Made by a program: the position numbers and the translations under genes. A model generated the notes under the pieces. The model saw only the letters and a list, made by a program, of their open reading frames with translations, made no database searches and was not told where the DNA came from. A stretch of 64,000 bases of DNA from a virus: the IMG/VR virus record IMGVR_UViG_3300008116_000173, positions 8,522 to 72,521 of that record; one strand, 5' to 3'. Of the stretch, positions 48,927-58,297 are shown one piece after another (within the stretch, counting starts at the first letter, position 1; every line of letters starts with the position of its first letter).

Positions 48927-49460
48927 ATGGCTTTAGATATAAACAGTTTTAAAAAACAAAATACAGGTAAAAATCCTATGATATCTGATGAGGTAATCAG
49001 TTATTTAAACATGCGTATTGAACAAGAAGAGTTATCTTCAAGGATGTATTTATCCATGAGTATGTGGTTAAATAACAAAGGTTATACTGGCGCAGCATCT
49101 TTATGGAAAAAATATTCACAAGAAGAATTAGCACATTCTGATTGGTCACGTGAATATTTATTAGCTATGGGTGTTCAACCTGATACTCCTGCTTTAAAAT
49201 CACCTTCACAAAATTATCAAGGTTTACCTCAAATTATTAAACTTTCATATGAACATGAAATAACTATTACTAAGCAATGTAAAGAATTAGCTAGTAACGC
49301 TATGAAAAAAGGTGATTTTATGTTATTTGAATTAGCTGGTAAATTTTTAAAAGAGCAAATTGAAGAACATGATAAGATGCAAAACTGGATGGATAAGTTA
49401 GATGCTTTTGGTACAGATCAAATTGCTCTGCGTCTTTTAGATAATGAAATGGCTGGATAA
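48927..49460 (+). CDS. ftn: Non-heme ferritin
   Basis: LN.RIEQEELSSRMYLSMSMW, QEELAH, EHEITIT and EQIEEH ferroxidase-centre residues of the FtnA family. Confidence 0.88.
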   Translation: MALDINSFKKQNTGKNPMISDEVISYLNMRIEQEELSSRMYLSMSMWLNNKGYTGAASLWKKYSQEELAHSDWSREYLLAMGVQPDTPALKSPSQNYQGLPQIIKLSYEHEITITKQCKELASNAMKKGDFMLFELAGKFLKEQIEEHDKMQNWMDKLDAFGTDQIALRLLDNEMAG

Positions 49461-49474
49461 TAATAAATAAAACA

Positions 49475-49885
49475 ATGATTGATATAAACAAACCAATAGG
49501 ACAACCAAAAGGTAAATCCTCAAGTAAAGCTGAAGAGTTTTTTGGTAAACTTTTCCAATTAAGAGATCAAATTCATCTCACCCATCTCAAAGTATCAGGA
49601 CCAGGATCATATGCTGCCCATAAGGCTTTAAATGAGTTTTATGATGGGTTATTGGATCATATTGATACTTTAATTGAAAGTTATCAAGGTAAATATGGTA
49701 TTATTACTGTAAATATACCTGCTTCATCTGCAGTAGAACCTGAAATGGCACTTGAAATGTTAGCTAAATTAACTGATGATGGTAATGCATACATTATGTT
49801 CAAAGAAACATGGATACAAAACCAAATTGATGAAATTAGTACGTTAACATACCAAACTTTATACAAACTGAAAAACCTGGCATAA
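49475..49885 (+). CDS. Dps/ferritin-like protein (DUF5856-like)
   Basis: IHLTHL...SYAAHKALNEFYD...DTLIESYQGKYG...QNQIDEI...YKL. Confidence 0.7.
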   Translation: MIDINKPIGQPKGKSSSKAEEFFGKLFQLRDQIHLTHLKVSGPGSYAAHKALNEFYDGLLDHIDTLIESYQGKYGIITVNIPASSAVEPEMALEMLAKLTDDGNAYIMFKETWIQNQIDEISTLTYQTLYKLKNLA

Positions 49886-49922
49886 TAAAACGCCATATGT
49901 TTTATTACGTATTTTAGAAAGT

Positions 49923-49962
49923 TTTGTAAATTATATAACAAGAAGTATTATATTTAACATTA
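49923..49962 (+). promoter_or_regulatory. Putative late promoter for the capsid genes
   Basis: TTTG-N22-TATATTTA, sharing the 15-mer TTATATTTAACATTA with 42205-19. Confidence 0.55.
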
Positions 49963-49969
49963 TAACAAC

Positions 49970-51175
49970 ATGGCAAAAAGTAAAAGTACAGAAGAAACAG
50001 CAGGAACAAGTCCTTTTGGAGGGTTTAAAATTCTACAAGGTGAATTTCCACCCCCACCTGCAACTGATGATATTCAGGATGGTGATGATGTAGCATTAGT
50101 TGATAAAACTGATGATGCAGAAGAAGAACAAACTGATGATCAAAAGCAAAGGATGCTTGAAGCTGACAAGAAGCTAGAAAAAGTAGCTGAAAAAGCAGCT
50201 AAAAATTCTAAAAAAACTGAAGATGTTGCTCAAGATGAAACAGATGAAGAAGCTGAAGATGAAGTTGAAGATGATACTGATACTGATAATCTGGCAGATG
50301 AGTCTGATGATGACAACACTGAGTCACCGCTCAAAGAATTTGCTAAATCTCTTTACAACAAAGGGGTTTTGGATTTTGATGATAGTGATGAAGAGTTTGA
50401 AGACAGTGAAGAAGGTCTTGAAAAACTGGTTAACAAGACTGTAGAAAACAGGATTAATGATTGGGTATCCAATTTACCTGATGAATACAGTAAATTTTTA
50501 GAGTTTGTTCAAAATGGTGGTCAACCTAAAGATTTCCTTAATGTATATTACGGTAATCACTCTTGGGAAAACTACAAAGTAGAAAATGAAAGTCAACAAA
50601 TAGTAGCTGTTGAAGAGTCCCTAAGACTTACAGGTGAAACTGAAGAAGATATTAGGGATATGGTTGAAGAATGGCGTGATAATGGTACTTTAGAAAAACG
50701 TGCTAAATCAGCTTTAACTAAACTTCAACGTATAGAAGCAAGTCAAAAACAAGAACTTGTAGAAATACAAAAACAACAAGCTGCAAAACAAAAAGCTGCA
50801 CAAAAACAATACTGGGATAATTTTAAAAACAGTTTGTTTGAACGTGAAGACATTAAAGGGTTTAAATTAACTCCTAAAATGAAAGAACAGCTTTGGCATC
50901 ATATGACTGCTATAGATAAGTCCACTGGTAAAACAGGTTATCAGATGGCAGTAGAGCAGGATAATGAAGCTTCACTGTTGTTTGCTTTACAATCAATGTT
51001 AGGTTTTGACATTAAGAAACTTGAAAAACAAGTTGAAAGTAAAGTAAGTAACAAATTCAGCAAAATGCTGAAAAATTACAATAAATCATCTAAAGAGAAA
51101 ATTTCTTCAGGTGGTACACAAGATTTTGGTGGTGGGAATAATCCATTCTCAGGCTTTAAATCTGTTAAACTTTGA
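49970..51175 (+). CDS. Acidic scaffold-like structural protein preceding the MCP
   Basis: Highly acidic N-terminal half, coiled-coil C-terminal half, position before the MCP. Confidence 0.7.
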   Translation: MAKSKSTEETAGTSPFGGFKILQGEFPPPPATDDIQDGDDVALVDKTDDAEEEQTDDQKQRMLEADKKLEKVAEKAAKNSKKTEDVAQDETDEEAEDEVEDDTDTDNLADESDDDNTESPLKEFAKSLYNKGVLDFDDSDEEFEDSEEGLEKLVNKTVENRINDWVSNLPDEYSKFLEFVQNGGQPKDFLNVYYGNHSWENYKVENESQQIVAVEESLRLTGETEEDIRDMVEEWRDNGTLEKRAKSALTKLQRIEASQKQELVEIQKQQAAKQKAAQKQYWDNFKNSLFEREDIKGFKLTPKMKEQLWHHMTAIDKSTGKTGYQMAVEQDNEASLLFALQSMLGFDIKKLEKQVESKVSNKFSKMLKNYNKSSKEKISSGGTQDFGGGNNPFSGFKSVKL

Positions 51176-51205
51176 TATCTATAAACAATATAAAAATAAA
51201 ACAAA

Positions 51206-52666
51206 ATGCAATTATCTGATTTACAGATAAGTACTGGTAACTGGCACACTGGCCTAACCCAGGCAACTCACTTATCTAACTTCTTTTTAACTGAGCCAGC
51301 ATTGGCTTCTGAAGTAATCACTCGTGTATATAACAAGATGAATGGTTACAAAAATGCATTGTCATTCCTTACTTCTGGTACTGGTCGTACTAAAGGTTTG
51401 GATAACATTGTATATCGTTGGCCTTTAATGGGAGATAGCCAAAAAGCTGTTCCTATTTCTGTTGCTCAATCTACCTATGGTGATGGTGGTTCTACACCTG
51501 GTATTGCTAACTCTACATTCCGTGTAGGTTTACCTGAAAAATGGTTTACTATTGGTGATGTATTGGTAGCTGATGACAACCAATATTTATTCCGTGTAAT
51601 GGAAGAGCCTTATCAAGATGGTGTTGATTATGTTTACACTTTGCAATTGATCACTAAAGATCCAGCTGCTTATGTACCTCAATCACTTCTTGGAATTGGT
51701 AAAGAATTATCTAAAGACTACAACGTAGTTGAACATGATCATTCTCGTACTTCTGGTGACACTACTTATGCAACTCCTTTCATGATGGAGAACTACATGA
51801 CTACTTTCCGTAAAATGTATGCTGTATCTGGAGCTGCTCAAGCTAAAGTTCTTAAAATAGGATTAATGAACCCACAAGGTAAAGAAGTATCTTATACTTG
51901 GGTTAAATATGCTGAATGGGAATTTTGGGCACAATGGATGGATGAAATGGAAATTGCTTACATCTATGGTAAAGGTAACGTGAATAAAAATGGTACTACT
52001 GCTATGAAAGGTGCTTCTGGTAACCCAGTTTATACTGGTGCTGGTTTAGAAGAGCAAATTGCTCCTGCTAACAAGCGTAAGTATACTACTCTTACTGAGC
52101 AAGTTCTTCGTGATTTCATGGATGATCTTTCTTATAACGGTACTGAAGATGGTCCACGTGAGTATGTTGCTCTTTGTGGTCGTCAGTTCATGAACCTTTT
52201 TGATCAAGCTATGAAAAAATCTGCTTCTAACTTTACTTTAGTTGACAGCAAATTCATCACTGGTTCTGGTCAAGAACTTATCTTAGGTGGTCAGTTCAAA
52301 ACTTATATCGGTTTGAATGGTGATAAAATTACTTTAAAAGAGTGTCCTCTTTATAATTCAGTTGTACGTAACCGTCAGCTTCACCCACAAACTGGTAAAC
52401 CAGCTGAATCTTACAAAGCTACTTTCCTTAACTTCAAGATTAACTCTAACGGAGAATCTAACGTTATGAAAGTTTACCATAATGGACGTGAAATGGCTTC
52501 TACTTACATTGAAGGATTATGTTCACCTTATGGTATGAAGAAAAATGGTACTTCTAGTTCACCTGTAGATGGATATGAATTCCATGTATTAAGTGAGTGT
52601 GGTATCATGTTGAAAGATCCTACCGATGCAGGACAATTCATCCTGGATGTTGAATCTATCTCTTAA
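51206..52666 (+). CDS. Major capsid protein (crAss-like)
   Basis: 486 aa; GLT...HL..F, G.GL.EQI; strongly biased codons; followed by a terminator. Confidence 0.88.
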   Translation: MQLSDLQISTGNWHTGLTQATHLSNFFLTEPALASEVITRVYNKMNGYKNALSFLTSGTGRTKGLDNIVYRWPLMGDSQKAVPISVAQSTYGDGGSTPGIANSTFRVGLPEKWFTIGDVLVADDNQYLFRVMEEPYQDGVDYVYTLQLITKDPAAYVPQSLLGIGKELSKDYNVVEHDHSRTSGDTTYATPFMMENYMTTFRKMYAVSGAAQAKVLKIGLMNPQGKEVSYTWVKYAEWEFWAQWMDEMEIAYIYGKGNVNKNGTTAMKGASGNPVYTGAGLEEQIAPANKRKYTTLTEQVLRDFMDDLSYNGTEDGPREYVALCGRQFMNLFDQAMKKSASNFTLVDSKFITGSGQELILGGQFKTYIGLNGDKITLKECPLYNSVVRNRQLHPQTGKPAESYKATFLNFKINSNGESNVMKVYHNGREMASTYIEGLCSPYGMKKNGTSSSPVDGYEFHVLSECGIMLKDPTDAGQFILDVESIS

Positions 52667-52683
52667 TTGTTATATAGGCTTTG

Positions 52684-52713
52684 AAGGGTGTGCCTTAAAC
52701 ACCCTTTATTTTT
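52684..52713 (+). terminator. Intrinsic terminator after the MCP
   Basis: AAGGGTGT / ACACCCTT stem followed by TATTTTT. Confidence 0.75.
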
Positions 52714-52748
52714 AAAACAACAACAACAAAAACAACAAAAGTAAAAGT

Positions 52749-53549
52749 ATGAAATTTGAAGGACCTAAGTCTGTAAAGATTAAAAAATGCCCAAAAGTAG
52801 GATATTTTGGTTTAGTATCTTACCCAAAATCAGTAACAACAATAGGTTGTCAACTTGGTTCAAAAGGTGGTTATAACACTGGTTTAACTGAGGATGAAGA
52901 ACGCTATTTTGAAAAAGCACTTGATTTACAACCCAACCAATTAAATAAACATAGCAAATGGTGGGGTGATGTTTTTAATGTTGAATATGCTATACGCTTA
53001 AACAACACAAAAACCACTGAATTAATTATGGATAATCCAGTTAATCAGTTAAAATATAAAGTACTTTTATCCCACACAGATGTTGCTAACTCTGAGTTGG
53101 AAAAAAATAAACCAGGTGTTCAGTTTTACATTGATGATGAAGAACTGAAAGCAAAAGAAGAACTTAAGACTCTTAACTTTGAACTTGAAGGTATGAAACT
53201 AATTATTGGTTTCACACCAGATGAAAAGAAAGGTGCTCTACGCTTATTTGGTAAGATTGGTTTAGATACCATGAGTGAAGATGTAGCTAGCAGTTACCTA
53301 ATGCAAGAAATGAAAAGAGATCCTAAGAAATTCTTTGACATAGTCACTGATAAAGAAATGAAAACTAAAATGTTTATTTCTGAATTAAGTGAACGTAAGA
53401 TTTTAACACGTACAGGTAATATGTTTAAATATGGTGATGATATCATAGCTAATAGTACATCTGAATGTGTTGAATACCTTAATGATCCTAAAAATCAATC
53501 TGTTAGATTGGCTTTAGAAACTAAATTAAAGAAACATAAAAAAGCGTAA
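52749..53549 (+). CDS. Conserved crAss-like protein following the MCP
   Basis: TGLTEDEE..FEK.L...L.NP...LKYKVL...DPKKF...YLNDPKNQ pattern and synteny. Confidence 0.7.
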   Translation: MKFEGPKSVKIKKCPKVGYFGLVSYPKSVTTIGCQLGSKGGYNTGLTEDEERYFEKALDLQPNQLNKHSKWWGDVFNVEYAIRLNNTKTTELIMDNPVNQLKYKVLLSHTDVANSELEKNKPGVQFYIDDEELKAKEELKTLNFELEGMKLIIGFTPDEKKGALRLFGKIGLDTMSEDVASSYLMQEMKRDPKKFFDIVTDKEMKTKMFISELSERKILTRTGNMFKYGDDIIANSTSECVEYLNDPKNQSVRLALETKLKKHKKA

Positions 53550-53554
53550 TAACC

Positions 53555-53932
53555 TTGACAATAGCTGAAGCACATAGAGCATTTAGGTTTGGTCTTGATA
53601 AGATGGATGGTTTAAATTATCCAAACTTCTTACCTGAAGAAATTGATTTACTTTTAAATCAGGCACAAGAACGGATAATTAAACAACGTTATGGTAAAAA
53701 TAATATCAAACGTGCATCATTTGAAGAAGAACAAAAACGGACTGAAGATTTAAAAGAAATCATTCAAACCAGGATTGCTTTACCTCAAACTCCAGGTATT
53801 TATGGTAATTCAGCTAGTAATGCTACGTTTTTTGATTTAACTGATGATCATTGGTTTATTATTTGGGAAAAAGCAATTATTAACTGTCCAAGTTGTAATG
53901 TAAATAACCAATTACCACCAAGAAATCCTTAA
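53555..53932 (+). CDS. Tail ring/adaptor protein, N-terminal half
   Basis: TTG start; F...LDK......F.PEEID..LNQAQ...FEE.QKR.EDL. Confidence 0.65.
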   Translation: MTIAEAHRAFRFGLDKMDGLNYPNFLPEEIDLLLNQAQERIIKQRYGKNNIKRASFEEEQKRTEDLKEIIQTRIALPQTPGIYGNSASNATFFDLTDDHWFIIWEKAIINCPSCNVNNQLPPRNP

Positions 53933-53943
53933 ATTAAAATCAT

Positions 53944-54327
53944 ATGGCAATAGGACCTCCTCCTCCTCCAGTAGACCCAAATCCTCCTGTAAGTGGGATT
54001 GAGGTTGAAGTAAGACCAGTAACACATCTGGAACTTGAAAAGATTAAGAATGATCCTTTTAAAGGTCCTGATCAAACTAAGGTTTTACGTTTGATGTACA
54101 AGAATAATGTTGAAATTATTCCTGCAACAGGTTGTACAGCAGTTAGGTATATGTACAGATATATAGCTAAACCAACACCTGTGTCACTGCAAAATAATGT
54201 CACATTTGTATTATCTGAACATATGCATCAAGAAATAGTTGATGAAGCTATTAAGATAGCATTAGAAGGTATAGAAGCTAAGCGTAATCAAACATTTACA
54301 CCAATTGTAGATAACCAAAAAGAATAA
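53944..54327 (+). CDS. Tail ring/adaptor protein, C-terminal half
   Basis: DPFKGP...Y.YRYI.KP..V...LSEHMHQEIVDEAI.IALE.IE..R; different frame from the upstream half. Confidence 0.65.
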   Translation: MAIGPPPPPVDPNPPVSGIEVEVRPVTHLELEKIKNDPFKGPDQTKVLRLMYKNNVEIIPATGCTAVRYMYRYIAKPTPVSLQNNVTFVLSEHMHQEIVDEAIKIALEGIEAKRNQTFTPIVDNQKE

Positions 54328-54339
54328 AAAAATTAAAAA

Positions 54340-54750
54340 ATGGCTAACATAAAAAATATCAAACCTGCATACTTCTTAGGAAGTTTGCTAACAAATCCTA
54401 AAGTTTTAGGTGGTAAAGTAGCTGAGATGATCACTGCTTTAACTGAAAAAAGCACTGTTACACAGGCTACAAGTATATCAACAGGAGTTACTATCAATGC
54501 TCAATCAGGTGTTATTACAACTGTAGCATTATCAACTGCTGCTGATACTGATTGTGGTTCATTTACTGTTACTAACAATAAATGTTACTCAAACTCAGTA
54601 GTACTTTTAACTGTAGTTAATAGTGGTGCTGGTGCACCTATAGCAACTGTTACATCTGTAAGCAATGGTTCATTCATTGTTAAATTACGTAATGTACACA
54701 GCGCTACTGCACTTAACAGCGTATTAAAATTAAACTATCAAATAATCTAA
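54340..54750 (+). CDS. Small structural protein (Thr/Ser-rich beta domain)
   Basis: VTQATSISTGVTINAQSGVITT motif; late-module position. Confidence 0.6.
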   Translation: MANIKNIKPAYFLGSLLTNPKVLGGKVAEMITALTEKSTVTQATSISTGVTINAQSGVITTVALSTAADTDCGSFTVTNNKCYSNSVVLLTVVNSGAGAPIATVTSVSNGSFIVKLRNVHSATALNSVLKLNYQII

Positions 54751-54775
54751 ATTATTAATATTAAAACACAAAAAA

Positions 54776-56047
54776 ATGAATAACTTACAAAGAGTTCAAA
54801 ACATCTTCATCAGTAACGGTAGTGCTACTCCTGCTGGTGGTTCTGCTATTACCTCTGTTACACCTGGTGTAATTGGAGTATATGGCACTGGTATGGCTGC
54901 TTTAACTGCAGGTAATACCGTATCAACTAGCACTAATACTGGTGCAATCTACATGGTAGAAGGTAAAACTGACGCTAGCGGTGTTAGTTATGTTAAACGT
55001 TCATCTAAAATAGATGGAATGTCTATACTTAGCTATCAAGCTGAATCTTATGCTCCTGCTCAACGTCAAGTATGGTCTATTGGTTTTAACCGTGCTACTT
55101 CAGCTGGTCTTATTGAAGTGAATAATGATGTTAACTATAACTTCAGCATTCGTTTTAAGAATGACAAATGGTTATATTCAGAACGTCCTGAACTTCTTAA
55201 TATCAACTTCCAATCTTCAAGTACTGCTACTCAATTAAGCATTGCTACTCAAGTTGCTAACTCTATCAATAACAGTGCTTACAAAAAGCAAGTTGTTGCT
55301 ATTGTAGTTGGTGATGGTACTGGTGTTTATGGTGTAACTGGTGCTAGCAACTTTGGTGTTGAAATTACTGCTAAAGATGTTGATCAGTTCTTTAACAGCA
55401 CTTATACTCCTAATAAAGTATATTTCTCTGTTCAAGTAAATGATGCTACTGGTTTTGGTACTTCTACAACTTGTACTGAAATACAAGCTTTTGATCCAGG
55501 TGTTGGTACTTACGATCAAGTTTATATGCTTGAAAACAAATGTTTTGGTTATGAAGGTGTTGCTAATCGTCGTCAGTGGCCTATCCCTGTATTAGACTAT
55601 TCAGCAAGTTCATCTTATGTTCTTAGTGCTGCTATTGCACCTACTGTAACAGGTACTATTGGTGAAGATAAAGTTACTTTCAGTGCTACTGTTGCTGCTA
55701 TCCTACGTGCTGGTGAAAAAGTAGAATTAGGTGGAGTTAACTATGAAATTAAATATTTCATTAGTTCAACTGTTGCTGTTCTTACTTCAGTTCTAGTTGC
55801 TGGTTTAGCTGCTGCTGCTGCTAAAGTACGTTATCAATATGATGTTATTACTGTAGAATATAACGACGCTATTAATACTCCTACTGGTGTTGTTGCTGTA
55901 GCTAATAAGTCAGCAGTTATTGCAATGCCTGCTATTGATGCAGGTGGTGCTTATAGCTCTACTTCAGCTATTGGAACAGCTATTTTAGCTATATTGAATC
56001 CTTGGATGGCTTCTACAGCTAAAGCTCCAGCTAACGTTTCTTTATAA
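54776..56047 (+). CDS. Abundant structural protein, probably auxiliary capsid/decoration protein
   Basis: MCP-like codon bias, PG.GTY..V..LE....GY.G motif, own terminator, crAss-like synteny. Confidence 0.6.
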   Translation: MNNLQRVQNIFISNGSATPAGGSAITSVTPGVIGVYGTGMAALTAGNTVSTSTNTGAIYMVEGKTDASGVSYVKRSSKIDGMSILSYQAESYAPAQRQVWSIGFNRATSAGLIEVNNDVNYNFSIRFKNDKWLYSERPELLNINFQSSSTATQLSIATQVANSINNSAYKKQVVAIVVGDGTGVYGVTGASNFGVEITAKDVDQFFNSTYTPNKVYFSVQVNDATGFGTSTTCTEIQAFDPGVGTYDQVYMLENKCFGYEGVANRRQWPIPVLDYSASSSYVLSAAIAPTVTGTIGEDKVTFSATVAAILRAGEKVELGGVNYEIKYFISSTVAVLTSVLVAGLAAAAAKVRYQYDVITVEYNDAINTPTGVVAVANKSAVIAMPAIDAGGAYSSTSAIGTAILAILNPWMASTAKAPANVSL

Positions 56048-56071
56048 TACTTTTACCCCCTTGTTGTTTGT

Positions 56072-56112
56072 CCCAGGCTGTTTGGTGTCCTACCGCAGCT
56101 TGGGGCTTTTTT
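56072..56112 (+). terminator. Intrinsic terminator
   Basis: CCCAGGCTG / CAGCTTGGG stem followed by TTTTTT. Confidence 0.65.
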
Positions 56113-56164
56113 AATTTTATTGTTCATGGTTCATGAACATTTAACAAATGAACATTGATATAAA

Positions 56165-56743
56165 ATGGCATTAGAACCAAAAATAAAACTTTGCCTTGCA
56201 GCTAATTGCACAGGCTTAACTTTCTATGAGGAAACTGGGGTATATAATGCAGCCACTAACCCTGGTGGTTATGGTGCACCTAACCCTACTTTAGCTAGCG
56301 TAGATCATGCTGAATTATTAATTTGGCCTTTATACAGTCTTACAAACTACGTAGCTCCTACTTACAACCTCACAATCACTCCTTCTGACAATCCTGATCT
56401 TGGTACATCCATTCTTCCTGATTTAAATATCCAGGATGGATTTTGGTATTTTGTATACAACCTATATGATGCTGCTGATCAATTAATAGCCACTGTTGAA
56501 CAGGGTTATTATTACTATTGCAACACTGAATGTTGTGTTAGTAAATTATTATCAGCTATTGATTTAGATAGTTGTATGTGTACAAAAGAACACTTAAAAG
56601 ATATAGAGAAATATACTAGAGCTAAGGTTTTACTTGAGTCTTTAAAAAATGCTGCTAGCTGTTATAATGATTCACTGTTTACAAAAATAAAAACAGCATT
56701 AAACAGTTTGTGTGCAAGTGTTGACTGTAAATCTTGCGGTTAA
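56165..56743 (+). CDS. Tail hub/fibre-attachment-like protein (Cys-rich)
   Basis: TG.Y....NPGGYG.PN; CC...CMC...C..C..CG. Confidence 0.55.
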   Translation: MALEPKIKLCLAANCTGLTFYEETGVYNAATNPGGYGAPNPTLASVDHAELLIWPLYSLTNYVAPTYNLTITPSDNPDLGTSILPDLNIQDGFWYFVYNLYDAADQLIATVEQGYYYYCNTECCVSKLLSAIDLDSCMCTKEHLKDIEKYTRAKVLLESLKNAASCYNDSLFTKIKTALNSLCASVDCKSCG

Positions 56744-56768
56744 TTAAAAACAAATAAATAATATACAC

Positions 56769-58295
56769 ATGTGTAATTGTAATGATAATATAAATTCAGT
56801 AACTGTTTATACTGGTCCTGCTGGACCTACAGGTCCTCAAGGTCCTGCTGGCAATGATTCAATATTAACAGGTACTTCTACAAGTAACTTAGCTGCCACT
56901 ACTGGTACTAAGACTATAGTAACTCAAGCTAATATATCTTGGGCACCTGGTATGCGTTTAAGGGTATCTGATGGTGCTCCAGCTACACCAAGAATTATGG
57001 AAGGTGAAGTATCAACTTATACAGGTACTACATTAGTACTTAATGTTGATTACACTGAAGGTCCTGCAAGTTTATGGAATAACTGGGTAATAGGTGTTAG
57101 TGGTGCAGTAGGTCCTACTGGTCCAACAGGTGCTACTGGTGCAACTGGTGCAGCAGGCGCTGATTCTTTTGATTTATTACAGAATGCTATATTCTTTTCA
57201 GGTTCAACATATACACTAACTGTACAAAATAGTACTACTTGGATGTCATATGGTATGATATTGTATATTGCTAACCCAGCTACTGCTGTAGTAGCAGGTT
57301 ATTATCAAGTAACTAATATATTAAGTATAAATCAGGTTATTGTATCTGATTTAGGTTACCCTGGTAATAGTACTGCTAATTTAACAGGTGCATTGCCTTT
57401 AGCAATGACTATTAGTGCTGCAGGTATTAGAGGTGCTGTAGGTACTACTGGAGCTGCTGGTCCTGCTAATAGCTTAAGTATTGGTTCTGTAGGTGCAGGT
57501 ACTGCAGCTGCTAGTATAACTGGTACAGCCCCATCACAAATACTTAACTTAACATTACCTTATGGTCCTGCAGGTGCATCTGCATATACTACATTTACAA
57601 CATCAACATATCCTACAGGATCTGTTTATTTTCCATTATTAACTAATGCTTATGATGTAGATGTTATGAGCACTGCCTGGATGGCACAATCTAACCCACC
57701 TTATTCTGGACCACCTTATGATGGCCAAATGATATTTATACAAGGTGCTGGTTATTTTCAAGTTATTAGTGTAAATAATGCTACTAGTGTTACTGTTTAT
57801 GACCCAGGTTATTCAGGTAATAACTTAGGTTTAGCAACTCCTGCTGGAGCAGTTACTAGTGCTGGTGTACAAGGTGCATCAGGAGCCACAACAGGTAGTG
57901 TAGTATCAGGTATTAGTGATGGTGCTGGTAATACAGCTTCAGGTACTTCATATTACACATTGATTGGTAATTTAGTACATGTAGAAATAGAAATTGATTT
58001 AACTACATTAACTAGTACTAGTAGTGGTCAATTTTATGTAACATTACCTTATACACCTGTTGCAGCTAAAGTTTCAAATGGTTTATTAATGTATGGTGGT
58101 TTTGTTTCATATGCTAGTAGTGGTGTTCAATACCCTATACAAGTTAAAATAAACAATACTAATACTCAAGGTTTATTATATTTTACATTTGTCACTGGTA
58201 GTAATATTAGGTTAAGGAACTTTACAGACAGTCAACCTGAATCATTAACTACTAATGATGTTTTAAACTTTAGCTTTACTTACGAAAAAGCATAA
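56769..58295 (+). CDS. Collagen-repeat tail fibre-like protein
   Basis: Several Gly-X-Y runs (GPAGPTGPQGPAG; GPTGPTGATGATGAAG). Confidence 0.75.
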   Translation: MCNCNDNINSVTVYTGPAGPTGPQGPAGNDSILTGTSTSNLAATTGTKTIVTQANISWAPGMRLRVSDGAPATPRIMEGEVSTYTGTTLVLNVDYTEGPASLWNNWVIGVSGAVGPTGPTGATGATGAAGADSFDLLQNAIFFSGSTYTLTVQNSTTWMSYGMILYIANPATAVVAGYYQVTNILSINQVIVSDLGYPGNSTANLTGALPLAMTISAAGIRGAVGTTGAAGPANSLSIGSVGAGTAAASITGTAPSQILNLTLPYGPAGASAYTTFTTSTYPTGSVYFPLLTNAYDVDVMSTAWMAQSNPPYSGPPYDGQMIFIQGAGYFQVISVNNATSVTVYDPGYSGNNLGLATPAGAVTSAGVQGASGATTGSVVSGISDGAGNTASGTSYYTLIGNLVHVEIEIDLTTLTSTSSGQFYVTLPYTPVAAKVSNGLLMYGGFVSYASSGVQYPIQVKINNTNTQGLLYFTFVTGSNIRLRNFTDSQPESLTTNDVLNFSFTYEKA

Positions 58296-58297
58296 TA

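Noticed and set aside
52715-52745. ACAACAACAAC tract
   Set aside because: A-rich unstructured translation leader typical of Bacteroidota genes, not a repeat element.
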